A DNA stretch of 64,000 nt from Octopus vulgaris (lineage: Eukaryota). Below are positions 13,978-27,881 of the stretch, piece after piece. The stretch's first letter is position 1, and every line of letters begins with the position of its first letter. The DNA is taken from contig OX597817.1 in the NCBI GenBank assembly GCA_951406725.2, forward strand, positions 148,924,001 through 148,988,000, read 5' to 3'. Both the position numbers and the translations under genes were made by a program. The notes beneath the pieces are model-generated. The model did no database searches, was not told the DNA's origin, and saw only the letters and a list, made by a program, of their open reading frames with translations.

Positions 13978-14861
13978 TTCCTTCTGACTCTCGCTATCTT
14001 TTTCCCTCGATTTCGTTGTTGCTTTCTCCCTTCCTTGTTTTACTTTTCTCTACCGCTTTCTTTTTCACCCGCTTTCACTTTCTTTCAATTTCCCTCCCTC
14101 ACTCGCTCACTCACTCACTCATTCCCTGCTTGCAACACTGTATCTTTTCACCCTCTCTGTCCTTTCATCAACATTATCTCGTTTTCTCAATCTATCTCTC
14201 ACACACTCACATTTTCCTTACTCACCTCTCTTTCCCACTTTCCATTATGCATACACAGACATATATTTATCACACATCAACACACTTGAAGATAAAGAGC
14301 ATTTGGTTTTATACGTGCCTATAATCACCACAGTAACAGACGGACATTTTTGAAACAGGCTGGTATCTGAACGTATATACGAAAGAAATCAAAATATTAA
14401 TCCCTCATGAATTCCTATTTTATGTTCTACAATAATCATTGTGTACAACAGATTATGATAAGCAAATATCTTATTATATTTCAGATTCACGTCATATTTT
14501 CATATCAATGTATCTCCCAAGAATATTGCAACGCGCTGATATTTTTTCTCTAATGTATTATCTCTAGCAATAGATAAATTGCTCTCGACATTTCTACTCC
14601 TGAAATTCAAATAACAAAGTTTCGCATCTGAAACTATTCTGTTTTTTCTTAAATTAGACAGTGAAATAGTGATATCTTATTTAAGAATGAAACTGTTAAT
14701 CAGGGTTTCACGTTCCAGTTCGTCGGTTATTCCGTGTACTTCATTAACTTCCTTCTCTTTCTGCTATGATAGCTGAGTACTTGATTCCACTGCCTCTTAT
14801 AGCCAAAAAACCAGCTGTAAGTTAATCAAGTTCGTAGGATAAGCGTGTATTCCTTTGTCAC

Positions 14862-14937
<76 letters not shown>

Positions 14938-14949
14938 CATACATACGTG

Positions 14950-15080
14950 TATACTGAGAGAACACAGATAGTGTGTCTATAGCCAGCCGGAGGAGATATC
15001 TTCCTGGGGCTACAAACTACAGTAGCATCCACTCTTATGGGTAAGCCATATTCAAATGGCAAATATGCGTCACGATGTGT
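14950..15080. repeat. Unclassified dispersed repeat (second copy at ~55516-55640)
   Basis: atactga...cacagatagtgtgtc...cttcctgg...ctacagtagcatc...tggcaaata is shared by both copies; each follows a microsatellite. Confidence 0.7.
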
Positions 15081-15152
15081 TACCGCTACTGTTTATAACT
15101 CGCTCTGAGATTTATCATTATATATATACATATATATATACATACACACATA

Positions 15153-15306
15153 CAACCGTCCCTTTTTAAGTTTCCGGCAACAAAATCCACCCATAAGCTT
15201 TTTATCGGCTCGCGGCAATAGAAGACATTTGTCCAAGGTGCCACGCAGTTGGACTGAACACAAAACCATGTAATATTGAATGAAGCTTCCTAGCACACAA
15301 CGCCTA
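15153..15306 (-). mobile_element. SINE family A 5' arm
   Basis: ccaaggtgccacgcagttggactgaac...cgccta matches the family A head. Confidence 0.75.
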
Positions 15307-15734
15307 TGCGTGTATGTATATATACATACATACGCATATACGCAGTTTAGTTTGAGCTATATTTAGAACGATACCACCATGCGGTTGAATAAACAAATAA
15401 AAAAATATTTTGGTCGGTGTTATCTTCCATTTCGATGAAATGAAACTAGAGGTCAAAATGTCCTTATAAAAACCTTGATGGACTGTAGCACTATAATGCA
15501 CTAATAGATTCCTAGAACGTAACTTGAAAGCCGTTGAAACGTTACGTAGGCGAAAATATAATAGAAATGAATGCATAATAAAAACATTCTCTATTCTCTC
15601 TTTTCTTTATACTAATTCCAGCCTAATACCGAGGTGCTTTAAGGGTACAGAATCCTGGTTTCTCAGCGGTAAAACTGTAGATGTGGCGAATGAAAAATAT
15701 AATCCAAATAAAATGCAGAAATTCTTAACACATG

Positions 15735-16049
15735 TTTAATGATTCGCTACAATTGCTTGTGTACCAATTCTGCTTGCAACGCCAATTTACACTTCGGAGT
15801 GAAAATCTACTTAACGTTTGCGTTATTAGACATTCGAGCGGCACTTCCCCAGACTTGCATCAAAGGTACGCTCTTACACTGTGTGTCTTTGCACAATGTA
15901 AGTGCGCCACTATGACGTAAGCAAGTCTAATGAAGTACCACTCCAATGTCTAATAACGCAAACATTACGTACATTTTCATTTCGACATTTTCAGTAAACT
16001 GGGGTTGCAAGCAAAGCTTGTACAGAAACAATTGTAACGAATCATTAAA
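15735..16049. repeat. Imperfect inverted repeat, ~115-bp arms
   Basis: tttaatgattcgctacaattg...ttgcgttattagacatt pairs with aatgtctaataacgcaa...caattgtaacgaatcattaaa. Confidence 0.8.
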
Positions 16050-16097
16050 GGATTTGTTTGTTGGGAATTGTACATACACATGTGTATGTATGTATGT

Positions 16098-16156
<59 letters not shown>

Positions 16157-16158
<2 letters not shown>

Positions 16159-18632
16159 TAAAAATCCATAAATCCTTAAAAATGTTTTAGCCCGAAGGCC
16201 GCGGCCATGCTGGGGCACCACCGCTGAATGAGCTACACTTATATGTGAATCTACCTCTGATACGTGGCACTTGATCAACAAGGGAGTTCGATGCTGCTGC
16301 CCGCATCTGCGTCTCCTGTCGTGAGGTAGGTTCATCTGGGACTCCCGATAAGAAGAGATCCAGTTTAGTTTTAAAGAAACCCACATCCACATCATGTAAG
16401 TCTCTCAGGCATTTAGGGAGGATGTTAAAGAGCTGTGGTCCTCTGAAACCCAATCTGTTGCAGTATCTGGACCTGTATTTTGATGGTGATGTTGGAATCT
16501 TTGGCACCATGCAGTGGCGTCCCGTTCTGCGGTTCGGGTAACTTTGAATGCCAAAGTTTGGGACAAGACCCTCCAGGATTTTCCAGAGATATATCACCGC
16601 ATATCTCTCCCTCCTCCGCTCTAGGGAGAAGAGGATTAATACTTTCAGTCTTTCCCAGTAGCTGATATTTTACATTGAGACGATTTTTGGTGTAACTTCT
16701 CTGAATTGCTTCGAGTTCTGCTGTTAGTTTTATATTGTGTGGTGAGCAGTAGTCCAAGCGGCTGAGGACAAATGTTTTCCATAGGACCATCAGTGTCTCC
16801 TTCTCTCTTGTTCTGAAAGTTCGGAGATCCATCCAGCTAGCCGTCTGCATTTTATCATCAGATTAGTAATATGCACTTGGAAAGATGCATCATTGCTCAT
16901 GTCAATGCCTAGGTCACGCACTGATTTTGACTCAGGGATTGCAATTCTTCCTGGGCCAGTGTATGCAGTCTGTACGTCGTTTACCTTTGTGTGCCGGCAG
17001 CGCAGGGCCTGGAACTTACCTGCATTATACTGCATGTTGTTGTCCTCAGCCCACCTGTATATTGTGTCCAAATCCTGTTGCAGTTGCGCAATATTTTCAG
17101 GGTTTTGTATTGTGTGGGAGACTTTTGTCTCATCTGCATAGCTAGCAAGGGTGGTCATCGTAGCAACTGAAGGCATGTCTGAAAGGGCCACTATGAACAT
17201 CAGTGGCCCCAAGACAGTGCCCTGTGGGACACCGCTTGTTATTTGTTTTTCCTTGGAGGTGGCTCCATTGCTCACAACTGCCTGTCTTCTGTCTTTTAGG
17301 AAGTTGTGCAGCCACTCTCCAAGTTTGCCGAGACCACGCCTATGCCGAGACCACGCAGTTTGTGACAGATCATACTATGGTCGAATTTATCAAAGGCTTT
17401 TGCAAAGTCGAGATATATTACATCCACATTTGAGCCATTTAGTAGTTGTTTCAACACCCAGTCATAATGTTGCAGGAGCTGTGTTAGGCAGCTTCTACCT
17501 GGTCGAAATCCAAGCTGGGTGTCAGACAGAAAGTCATTTTCTTCAAGGAACATGATTAGTTTCTTACGGACTATTCGTTCCATGACTTTGCTGATGTGTA
17601 AGGTCAGAGAGATAGGCCTATAATTTTTAGCATCTGCTCTGCTACCTCCCTTATGGATAGGGCATATTACCCCCTCTTTCAATTTGACTGGGAGCTTACC
17701 ACTTGCAAGAAAGCTCTGAAAAAGAAGCTGTAGCGGTTTTCCAAGGGCTCGTTTGCACGATTTGAGAAGGATCGCTGGGAATCCATCAGGTCCAGCAGCT
17801 GAGTTTGTGTCAATCTCATCTATGGCTAGTGTGATATCATCATCTTCGATGTTGATGTACTCAATTTTTGCCTCTTTGGCCGCAGGTAATGTGGTAAAGA
17901 ATTCTTCTGGGTTGTTTACTTGCCTGTGTCCTAGAGGTGTAGTGAACACACTTTGGAATTGTTCGTTCAGTATTTCACTTATCCTCGTGGGATTTCCTGT
18001 GAGAGAGCCATCTTTTTGGAAGAGAGGTCCTATTCTCTGGTGCACTGTGACTGTCTCTTTGGCAAACTTAAAGAAAGCTTTAGGGTTTGATTTTATATTT
18101 TCTATTACCCAAGCTTCTTTAGCTGCTCTCTCCTTATCATGGGACTGATGCAGACTTTTCTCAATTTCCATTAGCATTCTCTCGAGCCGAGACTTCGCAC
18201 CACTTTTGGTGTGCTTGCTCAGGCGGTTCGCAATCCTTGTCCGTCGTCTCATAAGAATTTTCCTTTCTCTAGGGATCCTGTTTTTGATTTTGTGTGTGCT
18301 GGTCCTGCACACTGGGACATATTTGTCACATATGGCTTGTATTATGGACATGAAGTTTTTGTGTTTCATGTTAATGTCCGGTGTGGAGAGACATTTAGGC
18401 CAATCCTGTTTGAGGATTTCTTTCTCAATCAACTTCCAGTTTGCTTTATGAAAGTTTAAGTTGGAGAGATGGTGGATGCTTCGTATAGGCTGTGTTTCTA
18501 CGGGGCATTTGTTCCATACATAGACAGCTCTATTATGTTGTGATCCGAGACCATTGTCGGCATCACAATAACATTATGGATAATATCCATATTGCTTGTG
18601 AAGCAGAGATCCAGTATATTATCTGCCCTTGT
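16157..18632 (-). mobile_element. 5'-truncated CR1-group LINE (end of APE + RT), disrupted
   Basis: [44 protein letters not shown]; several frameshifts, one from a 17-bp duplication at 17326-17356; (TA)n on both flanks. Confidence 0.95.
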
Positions 18633-18666
18633 TATATATATATATTCATATACATGAATATATATA

Positions 18667-19370
<704 letters not shown>

Positions 19371-19604
19371 TAATTCCATATTAAGTGATAGTCAAACATA
19401 CATACATATATATAGATAAACAAATGAATAAAGATAGATAAATAGATAAATAGATAGACATATACATATATAGATTGATATATAGACAGACAGATAGATA
19501 AATGAGAAGTAGATAGGCAGGGAGATAGATAGATACATGCATATGTAGACAAACAGACAGACGGACGGACGGACCTACAGACATACAGAGAGGCAGACGG
19601 ATAA

Positions 19605-19986
<382 letters not shown>

Positions 19987-20407
19987 GCATATACATATGT
20001 ATACATGTTTCACCAAAATTTGGCCCTCTCCCGTCTCACATAATAGCTACCACTGATACAATCTGCGAAGGCATTTTTAAATGTAATATAAATGTATTAT
20101 ACATTAATGCTAGTAAATACACTTGGTAAATGAATAAAGAAATCCTATAAGTTATCTATACTGAAATGGCATCGGCAAAAATATTCGCCATATTTTTCTA
20201 ATGTTTATTTAAGATATTTTTAACTTAATTCCATTTACCACAGCTGATATGATTCTTATGAAAATACACACACACACACACACAAACACACTCACACATT
20301 TATATATATATATACATGCATAATTGTGTATATGTATATATATATGTGTGTGTGTGTTAATGTGTATGTATACTTATATACGTATGCTTATATTTGTATA
20401 TACATAC

Positions 20408-20447
<40 letters not shown>

Positions 20448-20657
20448 GTGTAGATGTGTGTGTGTGTGTGTGTACAAGCATGAAAGTGTATAGGTGTGAA
20501 TTATATATATGCTTTTGCTACCTCTGACGAATGTCCACGTATGTTTTGATCATCCACATATATGCGGGTATTTATACGAGCCCGATATAATATATTTGGT
20601 TATATACATATTTACATACAGGCATACGCACACATAGACGCACATAGAAATACAAAT

Positions 20658-20708
<51 letters not shown>

Positions 20709-20847
20709 ACACACACATATACACATAAATATAATAATATATGTATGTATATATATATATATATATATGTATATGTATATATTCATATATATATACATAC
20801 ATATATACATATTCATATATATATATATATATATATATGTATTCATA

Positions 20848-20879
<32 letters not shown>

Positions 20880-20892
20880 CATATACATACAT

Positions 20893-20961
<69 letters not shown>

Positions 20962-22594
20962 TAGATACTACAAAATCGATTTTTTATATATTCTCTTTGA
21001 TTTCACTTAAAATCTCTCACACCCAGAATATTTTATAGTTTTCAATATCTTTATTTGTTCTTGGCAGTATGTTCGTAGAGAAAATGTGACTGCATTAGAA
21101 AGATTTTAAGACTGATAATCGAAGAAGAAAATTCCGCGAATTTCAGAGACAAATAGTCTATTAATATCTTTTATATTCCCATTCGGTTATTTAGATAATG
21201 TGTTAAATATCCTCTAGATTTTATTAACGAAACGTTTCTTTCTATTTACATAGCCAAACTGACACAGACACAAACAAATTTTGTTTAGACAAGATATAAT
21301 ATTAATTTGCGAGCAGATGAGTTAATTTCACACTTGACATTGGAAAGGGCGGTAAAATGTGTCTAACTAGGTAATGAGCTTCGTAGAATGATAGTAGTAG
21401 ACAAATAATGAAAGAGAATTAATCAATAATTAATACCAACCTAATGTCCGGTTTTCAATTAAATAGGCATTGTGCTGACTGCAGTGTTCACAGAGGATTC
21501 TTTTATAAAACTTCATAAGGTCGTGACATGTTGCTCAATAACGATGTATTGTGTATTTAGATTGGTCAAACAAAACGAGGAACAAGAGGAGAAAATCGGC
21601 TGCGCTGAAGGCGGTCGCGGAAGGTCATAGATGTTATTAGAAACTATTTCTTGGTGCAATGAACGTTTATACGGTTTCTGCAACAACTGGCGTCACATTC
21701 TTTCCTTCTTTTCAAAGCTGCCGTTTGTTTTTGTACATACAATTAATTCCTATTGACATAACTGAGCCAAGGTCACTTCTACATTTATTAATATATCCTA
21801 CTACAAACATGCCGTTTAGAGAAGTTAATTTTAACATGTGTGCATTATAGACACAGATCTTCGTAGATGTTATCGAATGAATTTCCATGGCGTTTTCTGT
21901 TATTTGTTTACATTGATATTGGAAACATAAATAGTCAATAGTTTTTTCTCCAAAACAAATTTCGTATAACTTTCAATCCAAACAAATTGCATAATTTTTT
22001 TTTTCTAGTATTTTCGTTTTGCTTCACTGCTCTTCGAATTGATCCATGTTAATTCGGAAGATACATATGCATGACTGATTTTGTCAAAACTGAAAGAAAT
22101 GTAAATTATTTGTATGTAGACTTTAGACGTATGAGAAGAACACGCTTGAAATATCAAACGAAATATTGATACATAACTAATAATTTCCTTTCTATATATT
22201 TTCCTTTACATCTTTTTAACGTTTTCCTTTTAATTTTTATTGTTTTCTACATAGCTCAATGTCCCGTTAGACTTATTTTTCTTTCTTTTCCAGCATATTT
22301 TTCAGCATGCTTCCGCTTATCTCGTTAAGTCGTTTGTATCATATTACAATATTTGGACACAAGTTAGTTTTTTGTTGAGATTTTTCTTTCGCTTTTACTT
22401 TATTTCCCTCTAATATCCTTCATGTGGTTCTTGTTAAAGCATTACAAAAATAAGTTATACAATATCTGAATAAATACCTAAATAAACACAGACTATATGT
22501 CAGAATCTTTCCCAAACCGAATCGCAAAATGAAACCTTTCGAAAATATTTTATACCCCATCGGTATAGAATTAAGAGGGAAAATGCTGAGCTGA

Positions 22595-22914
22595 GACCCC
22601 TTTCGGTCATGACTGACCGTGCGATTGCACCTAAAAAGTTACCCTCCGAGGCACAAGTTCGAGCAAGGTTGTTTATGGAAGACCAGCAGTCGCCCATGTA
22701 TACCGGCCTCTCCTCTCCACGCCACCAGGGAAAGGCAACAGCAGATACAGCTTGGCACCAGTGACTTTGCAACTCATTTCTACAGCTGAGTGAACTGAAG
22801 CAACATGAAATAAAGTGTATTACTCAAGAACACAACACGCAGCTCGGTCCGGGATTCGAACTCGCATTCTCACGATCGTAAGCTCTACGCTCTAATCACT
22901 GATCCATGCACCTT
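22595..22914 (-). mobile_element. SINE family D (tRNA head, V-domain-like core)
   Basis: A-box-like TGGATCAGTGATTAGAGCG, B box GAGTTCGAATCCC, then TTCTTGAGTAATACACTTTATTTCATGTTGCTTCAGTTCACTCAGCTGTAGAAATGAG; related heads at ~23050, ~56710 and ~63555. Confidence 0.8.
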
Positions 22915-23199
22915 TACCAAGAGTGCAAATACATAACAGAAATATGTGTGTGTGTGTGTGTACGTATCTGTACCTCAGCATATATAAATATGCGGGTTGG
23001 CAAACCAGCATTTCATCTGGAAGGTACGACAGACCATCGCTTGGTTACCCATTTTACAGCCGAATAGACTGCAGCAACCTGAGATAAAGTCGGTCTAGGA
23101 ATCGAAACTAAGATCCTGCAATACCGACTGCAAGACACTAATAACTAGGCCAAGCGCCTCCGCTCGTGCGCACGCACACGAGCGCACATACCCACGCAG

Positions 23200-23236
<37 letters not shown>

Positions 23237-23590
23237 ACGCAGTCGTGTATATGCACATGTATATATACATGTGTATATGTGAGTGTGTGCGTGTATGTGC
23301 CAGAATGTGTGTATGTGTGTGTGAGCGTGTGTGGGGTACGTGAATATGTGTGTATTTGTTTAAAATTAGATAAATGTCGCTCAGCTAAGACTGGGAACGT
23401 TGTTTCAATTCCCTTATCGATTGCCTGTTGGTTCTGAGCATCCGAGGTTGTATACAAATTCCCTACTTTGAAAACAAGTAAATGTTAGCGACAGTAAGAG
23501 CACCTTGTTATAAACCAGTGCCTCACTAATATACTTGTGAACCAAATCCTAACGGAGGACAGAGTAAGTGTAATGAATGAAGGGATACAT

Positions 23591-23674
<84 letters not shown>

Positions 23675-23925
23675 TAAAACGGTAAGATAACAATATTTTT
23701 ATATATTTTTTATGTATTTATATATAATTTTTATGACGAAAAATGCGAGCGATGTATAAGTACGCAGGCAAGCAGAGTTATAACACAGTAATTTCCCTTT
23801 ATATAACGGTATTTTTTCATAGCGTTTTCAAATAGCCAGATGACCGAAGAGATGGTGTTGTGGATTTCCACTTCGGCATCTGAAACTCAGAGTTTTATCT
23901 TGACTATCGAGTAATGTAACATATT

Positions 23926-23987
<62 letters not shown>

Positions 23988-24264
23988 TATACATGTGAAT
24001 GTATACATATATATATATGTGTATGTGTGTGTGCGTGAGTGTAAAATTATGTATTAACACTTTGAATGCTTTATACAGTAGCAAAAATTGTATACTTCAA
24101 GCTTAAGGAGAATTTGTATTCGAACGGATTCAGACCCTTGTGACAACGCTGGTTTATTAATCCTTTGCCAACTGGTATTTGGATGACTCCCTTCGTTTTC
24201 ATTTCATAGCCTACTTACACACCACACACACATCTAGCTAGTGAGCTCTGTATGTGTGTGAGTA

Positions 24265-24296
<32 letters not shown>

Positions 24297-24312
24297 CTCA
24301 TACACACACATT

Positions 24313-24462
24313 TAGGCGCAGGTAAGTAGGTTGCTTACCAACCACATGGTTCTGGGTTCAGTCCCACTGCGTGGCACATTGGGCAAGTGTCTTCTACTAT
24401 AGCCTCGTGCCGACCAGAGCCTCGTGAGTGGATTTGGTAGACGGAAACTGAAAGAAGCCCGT

Positions 24463-24514
<52 letters not shown>

Positions 24515-24759
24515 TGTATGTATGTATGTATGTATGTATGTGTGTGTGTGTATCTGTTTGTGCCTCTGTGATTGTCCCCCCAACATCGCTTGACAATCGA
24601 TGCTGGTGTGTTTACGTCCCCGTAAGTTAGCGGTCGGCAAAAATGACCGATAGAATAAGTACTAGGATTCCAAAGAATAAGTCCTGGGGTCGATTTTCTC
24701 GAGTAGAAGCAGCGCTCCAGCATGGCCGCAGTCAATTGAATGAAACAAGTAAAAGAGTA
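24313..24759 (+). mobile_element. SINE family A, near full length
   Basis: taggcgcagg...gggttcagtccc...(TA)n(TATG)n...gctccagcatggccgcagtc...gaaacaagtaaaagagta. Confidence 0.9.
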
Positions 24760-25734
24760 CCAATGTGAGGCCTGCAAGCATGGTGATATTTCATAGCATT
24801 TCTTCTCCCTGTTCACATGTTCAGTATATATTTTCATCAAGATAGCCCTCCCTCTTCCCATATCATGATGGTTGTGAGACCAGGCTCCATCTTTTCTTTC
24901 CTATTTAAACCTTTAAACCTCATCTTTATATCGAAAAAATCTCCAACGCCTGGCATGAACTATTCTTGCAGTAACTTCCCTTCAACGACACCAAAAAAAA
25001 ACGTTCTGGATATTTTATAAGTGATAACTCGGCATCTAATCCTTCTAGATAATTACCAATATGAATATCAGGGATCCGTTTCATTACATTCTCTATGTGT
25101 TCGTAGTTCGTTGAGGTTCACACTTATCGGAATATCGGTGTCGCTTTTATTTTGCATAATTGTCATGTATATTCCTAGAGTTGTTCCACTTCTACTTATG
25201 CAGTGCTCGGTTAACTAGAATATTCCGGTGGTGCTTTGATGCAACTACGTTATTCTACTAAAAGACAAATATGACGCATATTGCTGAAAATGGAAATGCA
25301 ATAAAACTGGAAATCATTATTTTTACTATTCGATACGCTGCTTCCAACGCACCTTGCAGAATGTAATGGAGGAAATAAATGGATCCTCCGTCGGCCTCGA
25401 CGAGTGTTTGAGTTATTTGATCAACTTAACCACCAACGCACTGAACTATATTGCCAGTTCCATTTCCATATGTATTTTTAATGTACCATATATGATCATT
25501 TTGCTGGAGTCGACTTTTACCATTTATTGTTTCAGGGTCGATAAAATAAGTACCCATTCGACACTGAAGTTGATGTAATCCATAGGTTCTGTAAATAGGG
25601 ACTACCGCCCTCCGGTTGTCGTTGAGACGGTCCAGGTGGGCGCTGGTGCCTAAGGGAGCGGAGGAGGTGAGGGCAATAGAGAAATAGGAGAGGTGGAAGA
25701 AAAGCAGTGGATTGGGGACGCTATGAAATTAGTA

Positions 25735-25929
25735 TACTCTTTTACTCTTTTACTTGTTTCAGTCATTTGACTGCGGCCATGCTGGAGCACCGCTTTTAAT
25801 CGAGCAAATCGACCCCGATACTTATTTTTTGTGAGCCCAGTACTTATTCTATCGGTCTCTTTTGGCCGAACCGCTAAGTGACGGGGACGTAAACACATCA
25901 GCATCGGTTGTCAAGCAATGCTAGAGGGA

Positions 25930-25993
<64 letters not shown>

Positions 25994-26158
25994 CGACAGG
26001 CTTCTTTCAGTTTCCGTCTACCAAATCCACTCACAAGGCATTGGTCGGCCCGGGCCTATAGCAGAAGACACTTGCCCAAGATGCCACGCTGTGGGACTGA
26101 ACCCGGAACTATGTGGTTGGTTAGCAAGCTACCTACCACACAGCCACTCCCGCGCCTA
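25735..26158 (-). mobile_element. SINE family A, full length
   Basis: A box GTGGCTGTGTGG, B box GGTTCAGTCCC, internal (TA)n(TG)n, (TAAAAGAG)n tail. Confidence 0.92.
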
Positions 26159-26494
26159 TGATATTATTATAATATCAAATATATAACTGTATTATTATAA
26201 TATTGTATACAAATTATATAATATTATATTAAATATCAAATGATTGATTTTATATATAAATTAGTAAAATATAAAATTTTTATATGTACATAAAATTATG
26301 GGTGGGGGCGCTGAGGGTATAATGTGGCCATGAGTTGGGCGGTGGCCCAAAAATTTTGAGAACATCTGTAGCCCCACCACTCACAAAATTTCAGGCCTCA
26401 TGTGCATAGCAGTAAAATAAAATATATACTGTATTTCATGGCATTAAAGATGCACGGATATATAGAGACACACCCCAACACTAGCAGCGCCATT

Positions 26495-27231
26495 GGCGGC
26501 GAGCTGGCAGAAACGTTAGCACGCCGGGCGAAATGCGTAGCCACATTTCGTTTACCGTTATGTTCTGAATTCAAATTCCGCCGAGGTGGACTTTACCTTC
26601 AATCCTTTCGGGGTCGATTAAATAAGTACTAGTTACGCACTGGGGACGATATAATCGACTTAATCCGTTTGTCTGTCCTTGTTTGCCCCCTCTGTGTTTA
26701 GCCCCTTGTGGGTAGTAAAGAAATAGGTATTTCGTTTGCCGCTACGTTCTGAGTTCAAATCCCGCCGAGGTCGACTTTGCCTTTCATACTTTCGGGGTCG
26801 ATTAAATAAGTACCGTTTACGCACTGGGGTCGATATAATCGATTTAATCCGTTTTTCTGTCCTTGTTTAGCCCCTTGAGGGTAGTAAAGAAATAGGTATT
26901 TCGTCTGTCTTACGTTCTGAGTTCAAATTCCGCCGAGGTCGACTTTGCCTTTCATACTTTCGGGGTCGATTAAATAAGTACCGTTTACGCACTGGGGTCG
27001 ATATAATCGATTTAATCCGTTTTTCTGTCCTTGTTTAGCCCCTTGAGGGTAGTAAAGAAATAGGTATTTCTTCTGTCTTACGTTTTGAGTTCAAATTCCG
27101 CCGAGGTCGACTTTGCTTTTCATTCTTTCGGGATCGATAAATTAAGTACAAGGTGCGTACTGGGGTCGATCTAATCGATTGTTCCCCTCCCCCCAAATTT
27201 TCGATCTTGTGCCTAAAGTAGAAAAGAATAT
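26495..27231 (+). mobile_element. SINE family B with four tandem body units
   Basis: One head (ggcggcgagctggcagaaacgttagc), then ~170-185-bp units restarting at ggtatttc near 26725, 26895 and 27063. Confidence 0.9.
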
Positions 27232-27556
27232 TAACGGCGCCTATTTCAGAAGAAAACAAATAGTGTTTTGAAGCATGTAATATTAGACTGTAGGAAGGCA
27301 GCGAGCTGACAAGACCGATAGCACAAAGAACCAAATTCTTGCGTTCTGAGTTCTAATTCGGTCCAGGTCGATTTTGTCTTTTCTTCTTACCGGGTCGATA
27401 AAATAAGTTCTAGGATTGATACAATCGACTCACCCTTCCCTTCAAAAATGACTGGATCTGTGTTAAAACTTGAAACCAAATTTCGATTATGTAAGTCCCA
27501 TATAGAGCTCATGAGGCTTCTTTGAGACACTGTCTTTTAAAAAGAACTTCTTATAT

Positions 27557-27881
27557 ATTTACTGCCCACAAGGGGCTTCACACAGAGGGGACAAACAAAG
27601 ACAAACAAACGGGTTAAGTCGATTATATCAACCCCAGTGCGTAACTGGAACGGATGAAAGGCAAAGTCGACCTCGACGAATTTCAACTCAAGACTTAGCG
27701 TCAGACGAAATACCGAAATACCGCAAAGCATTTCGATTATATCAACCCCCAGTGCGTAACTGGAACGGATGAAAGGCAAAGTCGACCTCGACGAATTTCA
27801 ACTCAAGACTTAGCGTCAGACGAAATACCGCAAAGCATTTCGCCTGGCGTGATAACGCTTCTGCCAGCTCGCCGCCTTTAT
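27557..27881 (-). mobile_element. SINE family B with internal duplication
   Basis: 15-bp TSD aagaacttcttatat at 27542-27556 and 27882-27896; ~110-bp internal duplication. Confidence 0.9.

Noticed and set aside
13803-14324. 173-aa L/S/F-rich ORF
   Set aside because: Low-complexity polypyrimidine (CT-rich) tract
21560-21760. Faint Tc1/mariner-like fragments (also ~4250, ~58200 and ~63100)
   Set aside because: Only a few matching residues and no paired TIRs identified
23836-23895. Hairpin AGATGACCGAAG...CTTCGGCATCT-GAAACTCAGAG as a possible hammerhead
   Set aside because: No correctly placed CTGANGA core
24780-25050. Possible Merlin/ISXO2 transposase remnant on the minus strand (EKMEPGLTTI, EHVN)
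   Set aside because: Similarity too short and decayed to call without a profile search
26495-27231. Regularly spaced repeats resembling a CRISPR array
   Set aside because: The whole ~170-bp unit repeats with no unique spacers; no cas genes; eukaryotic SINE with TSD-bearing monomers elsewhere
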